Of a stretch of DNA of 64,000 nucleotides, positions 44,501 through 57,467 are shown piece after piece. The notes below the pieces were generated by a model that was not told where the DNA came from, ran no database searches, and worked only from the letters and a program-made list of their open reading frames with translations. The stretch covers positions 1 through 64,000 of the forward strand of contig NW_005434536.1 of assembly GCF_000315625.1 (NCBI RefSeq), read 5' to 3'. This stretch comes from Guillardia theta CCMP2712 (lineage: Eukaryota > Protista > Cryptophyta). A program made the position numbers and the translations under genes. How positions within the stretch are numbered: position 1 is the first letter of the stretch; every line of letters starts with the position of its first letter.

Positions 44501-47500
44501 TGGAGCAGCCCTGTGATTGTTTTCATGGACCCAAGGATCGCTATCCTTCCTCCCGAACCCCCACCACCCTGCCTATTCGATACGTCGGCGCTTCCCCCGT
44601 TGGCGGAGATGGTCCCTGAGAGGATCACCTCCGGTGCGGTGATGACGACGGACCCACCGCTGCCGCCCCTCCCACTCTCAGGGCGTTTTCACTCTGGTAT
44701 GACCCGCTGTTGACTCCGTTGGTGGTGATATCTCCTGTTACCTCTACGGAAGCGTAAGAGGAGAGCAGCAGCGCCCCTCCCCCTGCTCCCCCATTGTTGG
44801 TCTGTCCTGGGACAAGGTTACAAGTCCCGCCTCCACCACCCCCACTTCCAAGGCTCAGAGAAGGCCAACCAGACAGGACATCGACGTTCCCGACCGGGTT
44901 GGGTGCCGAGAACGACCCATCCCCGCCGTAGCCACCGTGGCTGCCGCCAGAGCCTCCGTACCAGCAGGGGCTCGCCGCCGTCCCGCCACCGGGGCCGTTC
45001 CCAGCTGCCCCCGCTTGGCCTCCACTGTAGCCCAGCCCGCTTAGGTCAATCGGGGTACCAATCAGGAGCGGGTAATCTGAATGGATTGCCAGGGGTATGC
45101 CACTTCCAATGACATTCAGTAAGACACCCGAGGACACCGTCAACTGCAAGAATCGGAGATAGCAGGCGCCACCCTGGATGATCCCTGGGTACACCACCGT
45201 GGTTGCACTGATCACCGTCAGACTACAGTCTTCCGTATCGATCTGTACAGCTCCAAATGAGACAGAAACTTCAAAGAATCCCACATAACCGTCATCGCAC
45301 ACGCACTTTCTTGCATCTTCCGAGGAGGCGGAGTGGGTAGAACAGGGTATGCAGTCCTTGTACCTCTCGCTGTAGTACGTCCCGGCCGCGCAGGGCTCAC
45401 AGCTCTCATAGTCAGCATTCGGGGAAAAGCCAAGGGGGCAGTAGCAATCCGTGAGGTTGGTGGATCCCAGGGGGGAGGACATGCCGGGAGGGCAGGGCGC
45501 GCAGCCAACCGACATGTCGTAGTAGCCAACGGGGCAGGTGCACTTGTATCTCCCATAGGTGTTGATGCAGGTGGAGTTGGCCGGGCAGAGAGAAGCGTCC
45601 AAGCACTCGTTGACATCCTGGCAAGTCGAAGTGTTCAAAGAATAGACAAACCCAGGGCCGCACATCACACAGGTGCTGAAATTCCCGTCAAAGGTACCCT
45701 GCATGCATACGCATGAAGTGCTGTTGAGGGCAGAGTAGCTGTTACCTGGGCAGGGTGAGCAGATCCAGTTTCCCGTGCCTGGATCCCTGCCATTTTTGAA
45801 GTAATTCTGCTTGCAGACACAATCGTTGATGCTGGTCGATTGTGGTGATGACGTCATCCCAAGAGGGCAACTATTTATTTGACCATCGCATGTGACACAG
45901 GTCCCATCGCTCGTCTCGCGCATACCGGGCTTACAGACACACTGATGGATGGTGGCTGCCCCCGGTAGCGAAGTGCGGTTCACGGGGCACTGGACGGGCT
46001 GGGCAGGGCAAACGACGCACATACCGTCGATCTCCACACCCAACCCCACACACGTGCACTGCGACCGGGAGATGGAGGCGACGAAGCTCGTGGCGCCGGT
46101 GGGGCAGGGAAGGCAAGGGTCATCCCCGTACATGTCCTTGTACTTCCCAGCAACGCAGGCGCTACAGATCCCTCCCGTCATCTCGTAGCCCCGGTCACAA
46201 GCGCAGTACTCCACCCCATCGGTTTGGTTCTGCAGCTTGATCATGTTGGCCGGGCAGAAGGAACAAGACCCAAAGAGGTTGAGAGACGAGACGGTAGAGA
46301 CCGGGCAGGCCACGCAGGACCGGTTGCCCGTGTCGTAGAAGCCTGAGGCGCAGGAGCAGTTGAAGCGGGAGACACTTCCTTGCCTTCTGGTAGTCTTATA
46401 AGAATCACAATCACTACACTCCTGCGGACCTGGTTCTTCCTTGTAAGTACCGAAATCACACGCACGGCAAATCCTCTCCAACGGTCTTCCAAACACGATC
46501 ACCCCGGGAGCTGACATGTCCTGGTAGTAACCTTCTGGACAAGTGCAGTCTTCTATGCTTGTAGACCCTATCGATTCAGTGATGTAATTGAAGGGACACC
46601 TGAGACAAGAAGTCGACCCTGCCCTGTCCATAAAGAAGCCCACATCGCAGGGCACGCAGATCCCACCGTTGGCGCCGTAGTAGCCCACCGGGCAGTAGCA
46701 CAGAGCGACGGAGTCGGCGGCGGCGGGGGATGACATGAGAATCGGACAGCTCTTACAGGCTAAGAGCCCAGCGACGTCGCTGTAGGTGCCTTCCGGGCAC
46801 TCCACGATGAAGTACAACCCGTTACTGCTCAGCAGGCGCCTGCCCGGCGGAGTCGTCGATGACATGAAGTACCCGGGCCTGGCGACGCAGTTGGTGATGG
46901 AGGCGCTGCCGTTAGGCCCAGTGGTAAGATCCGGGCAGGGCGTGCAGACCACCGACCCGATCGAGTCGGAGTAGGTGTCAGCCGGGCAGGGGAAACAGGG
47001 CGTGGATCCCGTGGTGGAGTTGGTAGAGACGTTGCAGAGACAGTCGGAGACGGAGTTGGCCCCAGGAGATGCCGTCACAGAGGCCTGTGGGCAGACGGCG
47101 CAGGTGTCGTTCCCGATGTAGCCTTTGTAGGTGTTCGGAGGGCACGGTACGCAAGTGGTCAGCTCCTCGTCGGGCTCGTACCCTGGGTTGCACAGGCAGC
47201 CAGTGATGTCCCGCGTCCCCCGGTCGAGCGTGTCCGAGTTGGCAGGGCAGGACTGGCAGGATTCACCATACTTGCCCACCTCACACGGATCGCAGATGAG
47301 GCTGGCCGCTCCCAACCGGGGGAGGAAGCCAGGGTAACAGGCACAGGCAGAGATAGACGTGGCGCCCGTTGTGGAAGTATTCGAATTGGAAGGGCATGGT
47401 AAGCACCTCTCTGCTGCGACGACAGGCTTGTAGAACCCCAACCTGCAGGGGGAGCAGACATCTCCGCCCGTGCCTTCGTGGCCTTCAACACAGAAGCACT

Positions 47501-50500
47501 GGGAGACGTCCTTGGCGCCATGGACGAGGGAGCGGGAGAGGGGTGGGCAGGCCGTGCAGTCATCCGATCCCACGAAGTCCTTGTAAGCCCCTGGAGAGCA
47601 CTGCACGCAGTTTGACCCGAACGTCCCGCTGTAGCCCCGGTCGCACAGGCACGATTCGACCCCCTTGCTCTGCGCCACGCTCGTGCTCCCAGTCGGGCAC
47701 TCCGAGCAGGCTGCTCCGTCAAAGTAATAGCTCGCCGCGCATTCCGTGCATTCGCTCATTGAGTTCAAGAAACCCTTGAAGCAGGCGCAGGCGAAGACGC
47801 TGGAGGAGGCAGGAAAACTGAAAGAGTTATAGGGACACGTGATACACGGCCCATTGGTGCCGTTCTGGTAGGTCCCGGCCGGGCAGGCCGTGCAGCGCGG
47901 AACGGAAGAAGTGGAGGTCGGTGCGAGGGAATAGCCCGGATTGCACACACACTGGTCGATGGAGACGGATTGGGTCTGCAGCGTGGTGGTCAACTCCGGG
48001 CAGCGACTACAGAGAAGCTCCGTCGTGAGCTGGCGGAAAAAGCCTATCGGACAGGCAGTGCAGCCTTCTCCCAGGCTCTCGAATCCCAGCTTGCAGCGGC
48101 AGAAGGTGGAGGCGTTCGGGGCGATCTGGTCCGAGCTGCACTGCACGCACTGGTTCCCGATCTGGTAGGTGTCTTCAGGGCACGGGACGCAATCTCCCTC
48201 AACTTCGACGTACCCATCCCGGCACTTGCACTGGTCGAGGTTGAAGAACCCCGGCCCCGACACCAGCGCCCGAGGGCAGGGCTGCTGGATCGTGAAGGAC
48301 GCCGTGCAGGGCTGCTCCCGGTAGTACGTCGAGGTGTTATCCGGGCACTTGCATATAATGTGAGTCTCATTGATTGCTATGGTAGAGTACCCCTCTGGAC
48401 ACTCTGCCATCTCAGGGACGCATTCTCCGTCCACCCTGCGGTAACCATCAATGCAGCTGCAGGTCAGCGTACCGTAGCTCGCCAGGTACTCTGCCGGACC
48501 CGTGCACTCTGCAGAGGGCAGCAGAAAACAGAGCTGGTTGCAGATGTAGTAAGAGCCTAACACAAGGTCCGACCTCAGCACACACCGGTCTGATCCATCC
48601 CCGGTGATCAGACCCGTGTACACCACTGGGAGTGACTCATCCGAGGGAGGGACAGGGAAAGGAATGTAATTAACCAGGCAATAGCAAGTCGCCGCCGCGG
48701 CGAAGGAGGTGCTGTTATCCGCGCAGGGACGGCACTGATTCAGGATACTATCTGCGTAGGTCCCAGGTGAGCAGGGCTGGCAGGCCACCCCCTTGTCTGG
48801 ACTCCCTATGAACCCCGCCGGACACACGCAGGATAGGTAGGCCTTTCCTGTGGCGTCATCAAAAAGCACGATGCTGGTGGATACCGACCCAGTGACCTTG
48901 CACGACGGAAAGATACAAGCGGCAACGCTTATGCTCATCTCCGGGGAGTAGCTTCCCAGAGGGCATGGTGTACAGAAAGTCATATCCATTGGAAGGTCCG
49001 ATTTTCCCGTACTGTAGGTGTTAGTAGGGCAAGAGACACAGCCATCCTGCGCGTTGCCGACAAAGCCGGGTTTACAGCGGCAGTAGGGATAGAAGAAAAA
49101 CACACCCATCTGTATACCACTCGAATCTAGCACCGGTTGGCTGTCGATCTCCATTCTAATGGGATATGCATCCTCCACTACACATGACGGAGTGTAGCAG
49201 TCCATGGAAGATTCCGAGCCGGGTTGGGACACGTAGCCATCGGGGCATGGTCTGCAGAAGCCGAGCTGCAGCGCCGAGAACCGCACCGTGCCGCCGGAGC
49301 CGGATGGGATCGCGGAGTACAGGACGAGGTGGTTCCGGGTGGTATCCACTGCGAAGGAGCCCGGAGGGGATAGCGTCGCAACCTCCTTCACGGACTCCGA
49401 CATGGCATTCAGCTCAAAGACAGTCCCGTCATTCTGCACCACCACCACCCCGGCCTGTGTCCCCAGCGCGATAACCCCAATCGGAGTAGACAGCAAGAAG
49501 TCCACTGCCTCGTACCTCAGCGGCATCTTGTACTCCGAAGCGGTTTCGTACAGAGCGACCAGGAACAGCTCCGTGGAGGACAGTACCCACACGTGCGCCC
49601 CGTCAGAGAGTACGGTTATGGCGGTGGGGATGAAGCTAAGGGTGTAGGTAGAAACAACCCGTGTTGACGGAACCACCGACCGGATGCCCGCCAGCCCGGT
49701 CTGCAGCGCCACGATCCTCGTCCCATCCGGGGCAATATCCATGTAGAACACACCCTGGAACCTGGCCGCGGCCCCAGTCCCATCCTGAGTGCCGAGGGTA
49801 GAGCTGCCGGCCACCGAGGACTTGGTTCCTGTCGTCAGATTTGTCCTTGTGAGTTCCGTCCCGGAGGTTTCGAACACAAAGAAGATGGAATTCCACACCA
49901 GCATGGCTGAACCCGTGTTGAACGTCGTCGACACGGGAGAGTTGGCCACCCCGTACTGATGGGTATCACCGAGAGCGTCCCAGAAGAGTAACGGCTGAGT
50001 ACATAGATTGTGCTGTCCGCTACCGCCACGAGAGGCGCGCCTGTGTAACCAAGAGTGAATGATATGGTGACCGGAATGGTACCCGCCGAGACCCTCCCAG
50101 TGCCATACTGCATCGCGGGACAAGACGGTGGAAGCAACAGGCTATTCAGTGTAGACTGGATGATTGAGAAGCACTCAGCAGCCCCCGTCCCGTTGGTGGT
50201 GTAGCCCTGTGGGCAGGGTATACAAGCCATAGGCACGGCCAACTGCTTGAAGAAGCCATTACCGCAAGGGACACAGGATGTCTGCCCGATCAGCGCGTTC
50301 TCTGTGCCCTGCGGGCAAGGCACACAGGCCCCGCCAATATCGTAGAAGTGCTGCAGGCAGGGTTGGCACATCGAGGCGATAAAGCTGTGCCCAGCCATAC
50401 AGATACAATCCGAAGATAAGGTTGAGGCTAAGGGGCTTGTCATTCCATTTGGACAGAGGCTGCAAACCCCAGACCCGATCAGCGTCTTGAACGTTCCGGG

Positions 50501-53131
50501 GCTGCAGGCCGTGCAAGTTAGGTGGCTAACGTGAATCGAAATTTCCGACACTCCCCACCATAGTCGGTCAGTTCTCCCACTGCCGGAGGTCTGGTCCAGC
50601 ACCAAAGTAAGATTCAACACTGAATGGGAATCGTCGATGCTGATGGAGAAGAATACCTCGCGGTCTCCAATAGCTGGATCACCGCAGAGGTTCGCATCCA
50701 TCCCGGTGTACATGACGTAGGTGACCCGTAGGTTGTTGTTGGTGAGAATATGGAGTTTTTGCCCCGACCACAGGTCAATGAATACCACCCCAACCCTAAG
50801 CATGAGGCTGTCGTGCACGGGGAGCCCGATGGAGTACACTAGCGCGTCCGTGAAGCCGAAGGAAAGGAATCCACCGACCAGGTTCAGCGTCCCGCACATC
50901 CCAGAACCCATCCTTACCTGCAGGATGTTACGTAGCGTGTTGGAAGTTCCTTGCATCACGTCCCGGAAGGATGTGCTCCCTGTGGTGTAGCCCGCATTGC
51001 AAGAGCAGAGCGCGGGATCCGTGGTGGCGGCTGGAGAGACGGTGTTGTCAAGGCACGGGTTACACACGCTTCCCATAAGCATATCGATGGTCCAGGGGGA
51101 TATCTGTCCAGAAGGATTCCGTCCGATGATACGGAAGCATTGAGCATCGATGAGGTTCATGGTGATGCTGTACGACCAAGACCCGGAGCCTGTATGGGAG
51201 TAGAGGGTGTAGAAGCTTTCGCATGTCAAGCAGTCGTTGCACTCCGAACCAAGCACCTCGAGGGTTTCCAAAAAAGCGGCTGTAAAGCTCGAGGCATACA
51301 GCAGAATGTTCGAATGCGTCTCAATCTCAACTGCACATGTCGAAAAACTCGAGTCCGTCCCTCCCTGGATCACAATCTTTGACCCCACCGCCACCGCGGT
51401 CGCCGTGCAAGAACCCATCGCGGTCACTATCGGCCCCCGCGTGCTGGCGTCCTGCTTGAAAGTGTTCGGGCCGCACGCAACGCAGCTCGACCCAGAGAGG
51501 TAGTACCCAGGCGCGCAGGCACAGCGGTCGGGGTCCGAGACAGCAAAGGCCGCGCGGTTCCAGCGGTTCGGGCCGCAGGCAATGCACTGGTTGCCGTCCT
51601 GGTATGTCCCTGCAGGGCACGGCTTGCACACCCCGTTGCTGACCCACACGTAGCCATCGCAACAGTGCGCTGCGATCCCGGACGATCTCCCCGACGGGCA
51701 GGGCAGGCACAGCCCACCGTCGTTCGTGGGTTGGTATGTACCAATCCTGCAGGCAGAGCACGGCGTCACCCCATTGGAGGATGTGAAGCCGAGAGGGCAA
51801 TTGAAGCAGAAGGATGCCCCCGTCATGAGCTGGTAGGTGCCGGCGGGGCAGTCGATGCAGCCCTCTGGGATGACGGTAGACACCGACGGGGTAATGGAGG
51901 TGAGGGAAGGGCTATACTTCCCCGCGGGGCACGTAAGGCACCCGTACCATTCGCCATCGGGGCACGAGGGGCAGTAGCCCGCGCCCGCCGCGATGTAGAA
52001 GCCCGGCTTGCAGGCCAGCGTGCAGGCCGACCGGTCAGTCAGGAAGTTGGTTGAGGTGCAGCTCAGACACATGTCCTGCGAGTAGGTATCCGGGCCGCAG
52101 CTCAGCTGGTAGTAGCCAAGAGGGCAGCCCTGCTCTCCCGTAGACAAAGACACCATATTAGCGTAGCAGTACTCACAGGTGGTACTCCCCATGATGAAGC
52201 TCCACGTACCCTCCCAGCAGTCCAGGCAAGTAGACTGACCTGTATCCCAATTGTACTTCCCCAGCGGGCACAGCAGGCAGTTCGTTGAGGCTGTACTCCC
52301 CTGGTAAGTCCCCGCCTCACACAGATCACAGACGGCCTGTCCCGCGCTCGCCTGCTTCTGTCCCACGGCGCAGTTGCTGCACGCGCTCGCACCCAAGACG
52401 AACGAGACCGTGCCCGCCGCGCAGTTATGGCAGACTGTGCTTCCGCTGTCCTGTTGGTACTTCCCAGCCGCGCAGTTCGTACATACCGATGTCCCCAAGT
52501 TGTCCGTGTACGAACCGGTGAGGCAATCGATGCATACAGTCGAGCCTGGCTCGGACGAGAACTGGCCTTCAGGACATAGCTGACAACCACTATCGAGGTA
52601 GCCCTTAATCTCAATTTCTATAAAACGTAAACGAACATATTCAGCTTTGTAAGCCCATACGTATCTCCCGAAGCCGCTACAAGCCACAGTTTGTTTTTGT
52701 CGATTCGAGGTGAATTCTCCCATAGCCCCACAAAATGTATTCGAAACTGCAGAATTCTCATTATTACCTACGTATATCTCCATGTTGTCATCGTTATACC
52801 ATGTCCACTGATAATAATAGCGTGGACTACTCCAAATGCTCACCTCCTTAATCAAATATTCACCCTTTAGATCAATATTCCACCAGGTTGGATTGTTGCT
52901 AATTGTCAATATGCCTGTCCAAGCATCATCATCAATCGCATAATTCCACAGATTGTCCTCAGGTCTCCCAAAACCTGACTGAGTGCCCGTGACCCCAGAG
53001 ATATCTTCCAGGTTTGTTGCCGTCCCTTGTGCAACTCCAGATTCACTGTACGAACCTGCAGGGCACAGAGTGCCAAGACTTACTCGGATAATGCACATAA
53101 TTATAAAAATGTATGTCAGAAAATGCGACAT
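41545..53131 (-). CDS. Giant secreted Cys-rich repeat protein (~3,862 aa once frameshifts near 49949-49952 and 44666-44669 are repaired)
   Basis: Three overlapping ORFs (1098, 1832 and 1027 aa) read continuously across the junctions. Signal peptide, N-terminal F5/8-like domain, NHL-type propeller, EGF-Ca, Gly-rich domain and many Cys repeats. AATAAA after the stop (41530-41535). Confidence 0.8.
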
Positions 53132-53196
53132 TATACCTCTCTACTCTTCCCAGATTTATTCTCTTAAATGCACCCACCAATAACTATGACGCCATA

Positions 53197-56100
53197 TTAT
53201 TCTTTCAAAATCTCACAATAAAACCCATCCACACACGGCACGCACTCCCCCTCCACTTCATAGAAACCCGGCTCGCACGCACACCCCTGCGGAAGGCTGG
53301 TGTTCATCCTCGAGAAGCGGAGCAAGGCGCAGTCGTAGCAGAAGGTCATTCCCGGCACATCATTGTAAGTTCCATGGGGGCATTCTATGCAGAAATCTGC
53401 CTCAAAGGTGTCTGTGTAGGTCCCGGGTCCGCAGTCGGGGCAGCCACCGGCGTTGCTGGTCTGCTTGCGCTTACCGGGGATACAGGCCTTGCAGGTGGTC
53501 GAGTTGGGAGGGGAGAAGGTGGCATAGGGGCATGGGGTGCAGCCGGAGACGTTACCGGTCGAGAAGGTGTCGGCAGGGCATGGCGAAAGGCAGACTCCCG
53601 AACCTGCGCTCTCGCAGACCACCGAATCACCCACCACCCGTATCCCACCGGTGCAGTACGACGGGATACTAGACCGTGGTATGCACCGGCCCGCGGAAAG
53701 CCCATCATTGCATCCCACAAGGACATCCTGTGGGATACACCACTGGCATGCCGTACATACCCCGTCCGAATGGGCACTACATCCCAAGTTGTAGTTGCCG
53801 AATGGGCATACCGTGCAGTTTCGGCAGGTTCCCGGCCCGAACCCCCCACAGTTTTCCCTGTACTGATGAACTCCGCATTCCACACACGCCTCACAAGCGC
53901 TCAGGCAGTCCCTCTTGAACTGACCAATCGGGCATCCTGCACACGGCTCGCACGTCCCAGGTGACGCCCCCCCACATCCAACCCTTGTTTTGTACAGACC
54001 ACAGTAACTACAGGGAGCACATTCCCCGTCCTGATTCCCCCGGCATCCCGCCGCGTACTCACCAGAAGGGCACGACTTACAGGCGTTGCAAACCCCGGCC
54101 GAAATCCCACCACACCCGTTCGCGTACTGACCGGGAGAGCAGTGGTCACAGCTCTCGCACGTCCCGGGGCTAGTGTAGGTGCAGCCGGCGCGGTATGTCC
54201 CGACAGGGCAGGGTTCGCAAGGGAGACACTCTCCGACGTTAGAACTCTGACATCCGCTGAGGTACTGGCCTGAGGGACACTTATTCGAAGGACACGCCAC
54301 ACAAACCCCTGAATTTACCCCGGAGCATCCTTCATTGTAGTAATTAGGGGCGCATAAGGGGCACGTCACACAGAGGTTATCCCTGAGATAGTATCCATTG
54401 CAGCATACAGAACCAACCAAGGATGTTACTCCAAATGGACAGGGGTAGCAAAAGGACTGTCTTGAAACATTCTGGTAAGTCCCTGCGGAACATTGCTCAC
54501 AGACCCCGGGCGAGGTAATGTGGCTCCCGGCTGGGCAGTCCGAGCAGAAGGTTTGGGTGACGCTGCTGGTAAAGGTACCCGACGGACAGTCCTCACACCA
54601 ATAATAGTCATGATCTGCATTGTACCGACTGAACATTCCCGAAGGACAAACAACACAGGATTGCGACGAAGCATTGAACCTTTGCCCTTGCGGGCACGTC
54701 CTGCACGCGAAGTCGCCATCCAGGGAAAAGGACCCAGTGGGACACAGCTTGCAGTAGTACACACTGGACGGCACTTCAAACTTCAGGCAAATTGAAGGGA
54801 CGACTGCGCTGCTCGGTTCGTACGCCACATAATACCCCGGCCTGCACTGGCACGCATAGAGCATCACACCATTAAGGTTCTGTACAAGAATCTCATTTTG
54901 CAACGCCTGGTTAATACAGAACGATGTGAATGCCTTCATGCACGAGCCCTCCTCCACCCATCGGAACACGTTGTTACTCGAAAACTTGTAGAGACCAGCA
55001 TTGAAGAAAGTCAACTGAGCTGTATTCATTTTAACACAGGAAAGCGATGAAGTACCGTAAGCGGTCAGATCGACATAGTTAGACGAAGTACAGAAAGACC
55101 CTGTAGTGCATGTCCCAGAAACCAGATATCGATTATAGACAAACCCACTGACACAGGTGGTAACACAAGACAAACCAACGACAACCTGATCTGCAGTACA
55201 GGAGGTGCACACAGACGATCCGACCGCGGAGTAGCTATTCGCGGGGCAATTCAGGCAGATCTCGTTGACTGCATTAGAGTACTTCCCGATTGGACACTGC
55301 GTGCAGACACCCGTCACTGGAATCGAACCGGCTGTCCACGTCCATTCGTATCCAGGGCAGCAGATCTTTGACGGAACAGAACTGGATACCGAACCTGAGC
55401 AGCTCAAACACAAAGAAGACTCCTGCGTTGGTTGGTACAACCCAGACCCACAAGCCATGCACGTGGTGCTCCCTACATTCGGCTGGTACATACCCCTGGG
55501 ACACGGGAAGCACGATGTATATCGATTCTGGGCTGAAGTATAGGTCCCTATGGGGCACTGACTACAGGCGCTGTTCAAGCAGTTGCTCCTGAAGCTCCCC
55601 GCGGGACAAAAATCCCAATGCATGCACTTGTTCGGGTCTGCCTCTGCAAAGAACTTCAGTGCCTTATACTGGCACTTACCCGGGTCCAGCTCCTGACAAT
55701 GCCGGAGATCGTCACCCTGGGCGCACTGCGTAGAGTTGCACACTTCGCACACCCCCAACTGTTCCGAGCTGCACAGTGTCTTCATATACTGATTCGCCGG
55801 GCACATGGTGCACGGCTCGCAGACCCCCTCTGAACTACCCTCGCATCCCACCAATGTGGAATCAATTGGACAGATCGGACAGTTTGCACAGAACCCGGCA
55901 GACGAACCCCCACAAGCCATCGCGATGTAATCACCTGGATTGCAAGAAATTTCACCGATGCAGGACTTGCAGTAGGTCTGCCCCGTCTCGTTCTGGTACT
56001 TCCCGGATAAACACAGGCTGCACTCCGTGGCCCCGGTGAGATTCGTGTACTTCCCTAGAGGGCAGGCAGAACACTTCACCATGTTGCCACCGTCGAATGC

Positions 56101-56580
56101 GTAGTACCCCGGTAAACAACGGCATCTCTTCAGGTCCGGATCATACTCCGAATGATCCATGCATGACATACAGAATCCAGGGCGCCATCCCTCACAACCA
56201 ATGAGAAACTCACCATTTGGACAGTTTTCAACACAAGCTGTGCAATCTCCCATGAATAACCCCCTGCATCCCTTTCTGTAATTTCCAAACCCGCAGTCCT
56301 TCGGGCAATCAAGGCAAACTCCCGGGGAATTCCCACCACAGCCAGACAGGAACTGCCCCATCCCACACCACTCTGTTGGACACGGAAAACATTTATACAG
56401 TATATAATCACTCCCCCATGACCCCACAGCACAAAACTGATTAGCTAGACAATAGTTACTGTCATTATAGCAGCTGCCAATTATAGGTATTTCCGCCGAA
56501 ATTAAAGTCACTCTCATCAATGTTGCCAACATGCAAAGCAGTATTGCCCAGATACTCCATCCCGCATATCCTTTTCTCAT
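53197..56580 (-). CDS. Secreted Cys-rich repeat protein with TNFR-like CxxGxYxxGCxGxxxGxC repeats (1127 aa)
   Basis: Signal peptide WSIWAILLCMLATLM; intact ORF; AATAAA at 53155-53160. Confidence 0.88.
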   Translation of the reverse strand: MRKGYAGWSIWAILLCMLATLMRVTLISAEIPIIGSCYNDSNYCLANQFCAVGSWGSDYILYKCFPCPTEWCGMGQFLSGCGGNSPGVCLDCPKDCGFGNYRKGCRGLFMGDCTACVENCPNGEFLIGCEGWRPGFCMSCMDHSEYDPDLKRCRCLPGYYAFDGGNMVKCSACPLGKYTNLTGATECSLCLSGKYQNETGQTYCKSCIGEISCNPGDYIAMACGGSSAGFCANCPICPIDSTLVGCEGSSEGVCEPCTMCPANQYMKTLCSSEQLGVCEVCNSTQCAQGDDLRHCQELDPGKCQYKALKFFAEADPNKCMHWDFCPAGSFRSNCLNSACSQCPIGTYTSAQNRYTSCFPCPRGMYQPNVGSTTCMACGSGLYQPTQESSLCLSCSGSVSSSVPSKICCPGYEWTWTAGSIPVTGVCTQCPIGKYSNAVNEICLNCPANSYSAVGSSVCTSCTADQVVVGLSCVTTCVSGFVYNRYLVSGTCTTGSFCTSSNYVDLTAYGTSSLSCVKMNTAQLTFFNAGLYKFSSNNVFRWVEEGSCMKAFTSFCINQALQNEILVQNLNGVMLYACQCRPGYYVAYEPSSAVVPSICLKFEVPSSVYYCKLCPTGSFSLDGDFACRTCPQGQRFNASSQSCVVCPSGMFSRYNADHDYYWCEDCPSGTFTSSVTQTFCSDCPAGSHITSPGVCEQCSAGTYQNVSRQSFCYPCPFGVTSLVGSVCCNGYYLRDNLCVTCPLCAPNYYNEGCSGVNSGVCVACPSNKCPSGQYLSGCQSSNVGECLPCEPCPVGTYRAGCTYTSPGTCESCDHCSPGQYANGCGGISAGVCNACKSCPSGEYAAGCRGNQDGECAPCSYCGLYKTRVGCGGASPGTCEPCAGCPIGQFKRDCLSACEACVECGVHQYRENCGGFGPGTCRNCTVCPFGNYNLGCSAHSDGVCTACQWCIPQDVLVGCNDGLSAGRCIPRSSIPSYCTGGIRVVGDSVVCESAGSGVCLSPCPADTFSTGNVSGCTPCPYATFSPPNSTTCKACIPGKRKQTSNAGGCPDCGPGTYTDTFEADFCIECPHGTYNDVPGMTFCYDCALLRFSRMNTSLPQGCACEPGFYEVEGECVPCVDGFYCEILKE

Positions 56581-56678
56581 TTTCCTCACCTAGAATCACC
56601 TACATGTCTTAAATGTCCTGCATGGCACCCCTGGATGCAAAAAAGAAGAGCATTTATTGTCAATATATTTTGTAAAAT

Positions 56679-57467
56679 CTACGGGCAGCTACCCGGACAC
56701 TCATACCCCACGGGGCAGGCAGTACACGTCTTCAAACCAGTACGATAGTAGCCTGCATCACAGACACAATGGAGAATAGACCTCGACCCAGGGTAGCTGG
56801 TCATATGGGCAGGGCATTCCCTACATACACCTTCCCAGTATTGGTTCATTGGACAGCATTCCAATATATCACTCGAACAACATTTATCCGTTTCAAATAT
56901 GTAATACCCAGGGATGCAGGAGCACGATGTAGAGCCCACGGAGCTGATCAGGTCTCCGGAACAGGAAGGACATCCTTTGATCTCAATCTCCCCCCAATTC
57001 ATATATTCAGTGGAAGCTTTGTAAGCCCATACATATCTCCCGTAAACATTGCAGACTACAGTCTTCTTCTGCCCGCCTTCGGTGAAATCCCCTGTATCCC
57101 CACATAGCGTATTCAAGACTGCAGAAATAGAGTTGTTCCCTATGTATATCTGTGTGTAGGAATCCCTGCCCAAATTACTGCCTGCACTCCAGATGCTCAC
57201 ATTGGCAACGTAGTACACACCCTGAAGATCGATATTCCACCAGCTTGGATCTGTGTTCTGTGTTTGTATAGATGTTGACAGATCATTGTCAATCGCATGT
57301 GTCCACGGAAAGGGATTGTAATAATCTGACTGGCTACCCGTGACCCCAACCACATCTTCCAGGTTCACTGGCTTCCCAGAAGCACTGTATGTACCTGCAG
57401 GGCACAGAGAACCAAGACAGACGACAGGGAAGAACATTCCAATGAAAACCAGCCCAAAGCATCCCAT
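56679..57467 (-). CDS. Short secreted F5/8-type/fucolectin-like domain protein (262 aa)
   Basis: Signal peptide; motifs AIDND, PSWWNIDL, GRYV, EIEI; TATA at 57505-57510; AATAAA at 56653-56658. Confidence 0.85.
   Translation of the reverse strand: MGCFGLVFIGMFFPVVCLGSLCPAGTYSASGKPVNLEDVVGVTGSQSDYYNPFPWTHAIDNDLSTSIQTQNTDPSWWNIDLQGVYYVANVSIWSAGSNLGRDSYTQIYIGNNSISAVLNTLCGDTGDFTEGGQKKTVVCNVYGRYVWAYKASTEYMNWGEIEIKGCPSCSGDLISSVGSTSCSCIPGYYIFETDKCCSSDILECCPMNQYWEGVCRECPAHMTSYPGSRSILHCVCDAGYYRTGLKTCTACPVGYECPGSCP

Noticed and set aside
14072-49952. Programmed -1 ribosomal frameshifting at the four junctions
   Set aside because: No canonical X_XXY_YYZ heptamer was seen and the G-runs fall in different codon phases. 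A DNA-level indel or a sequencing error fits better.
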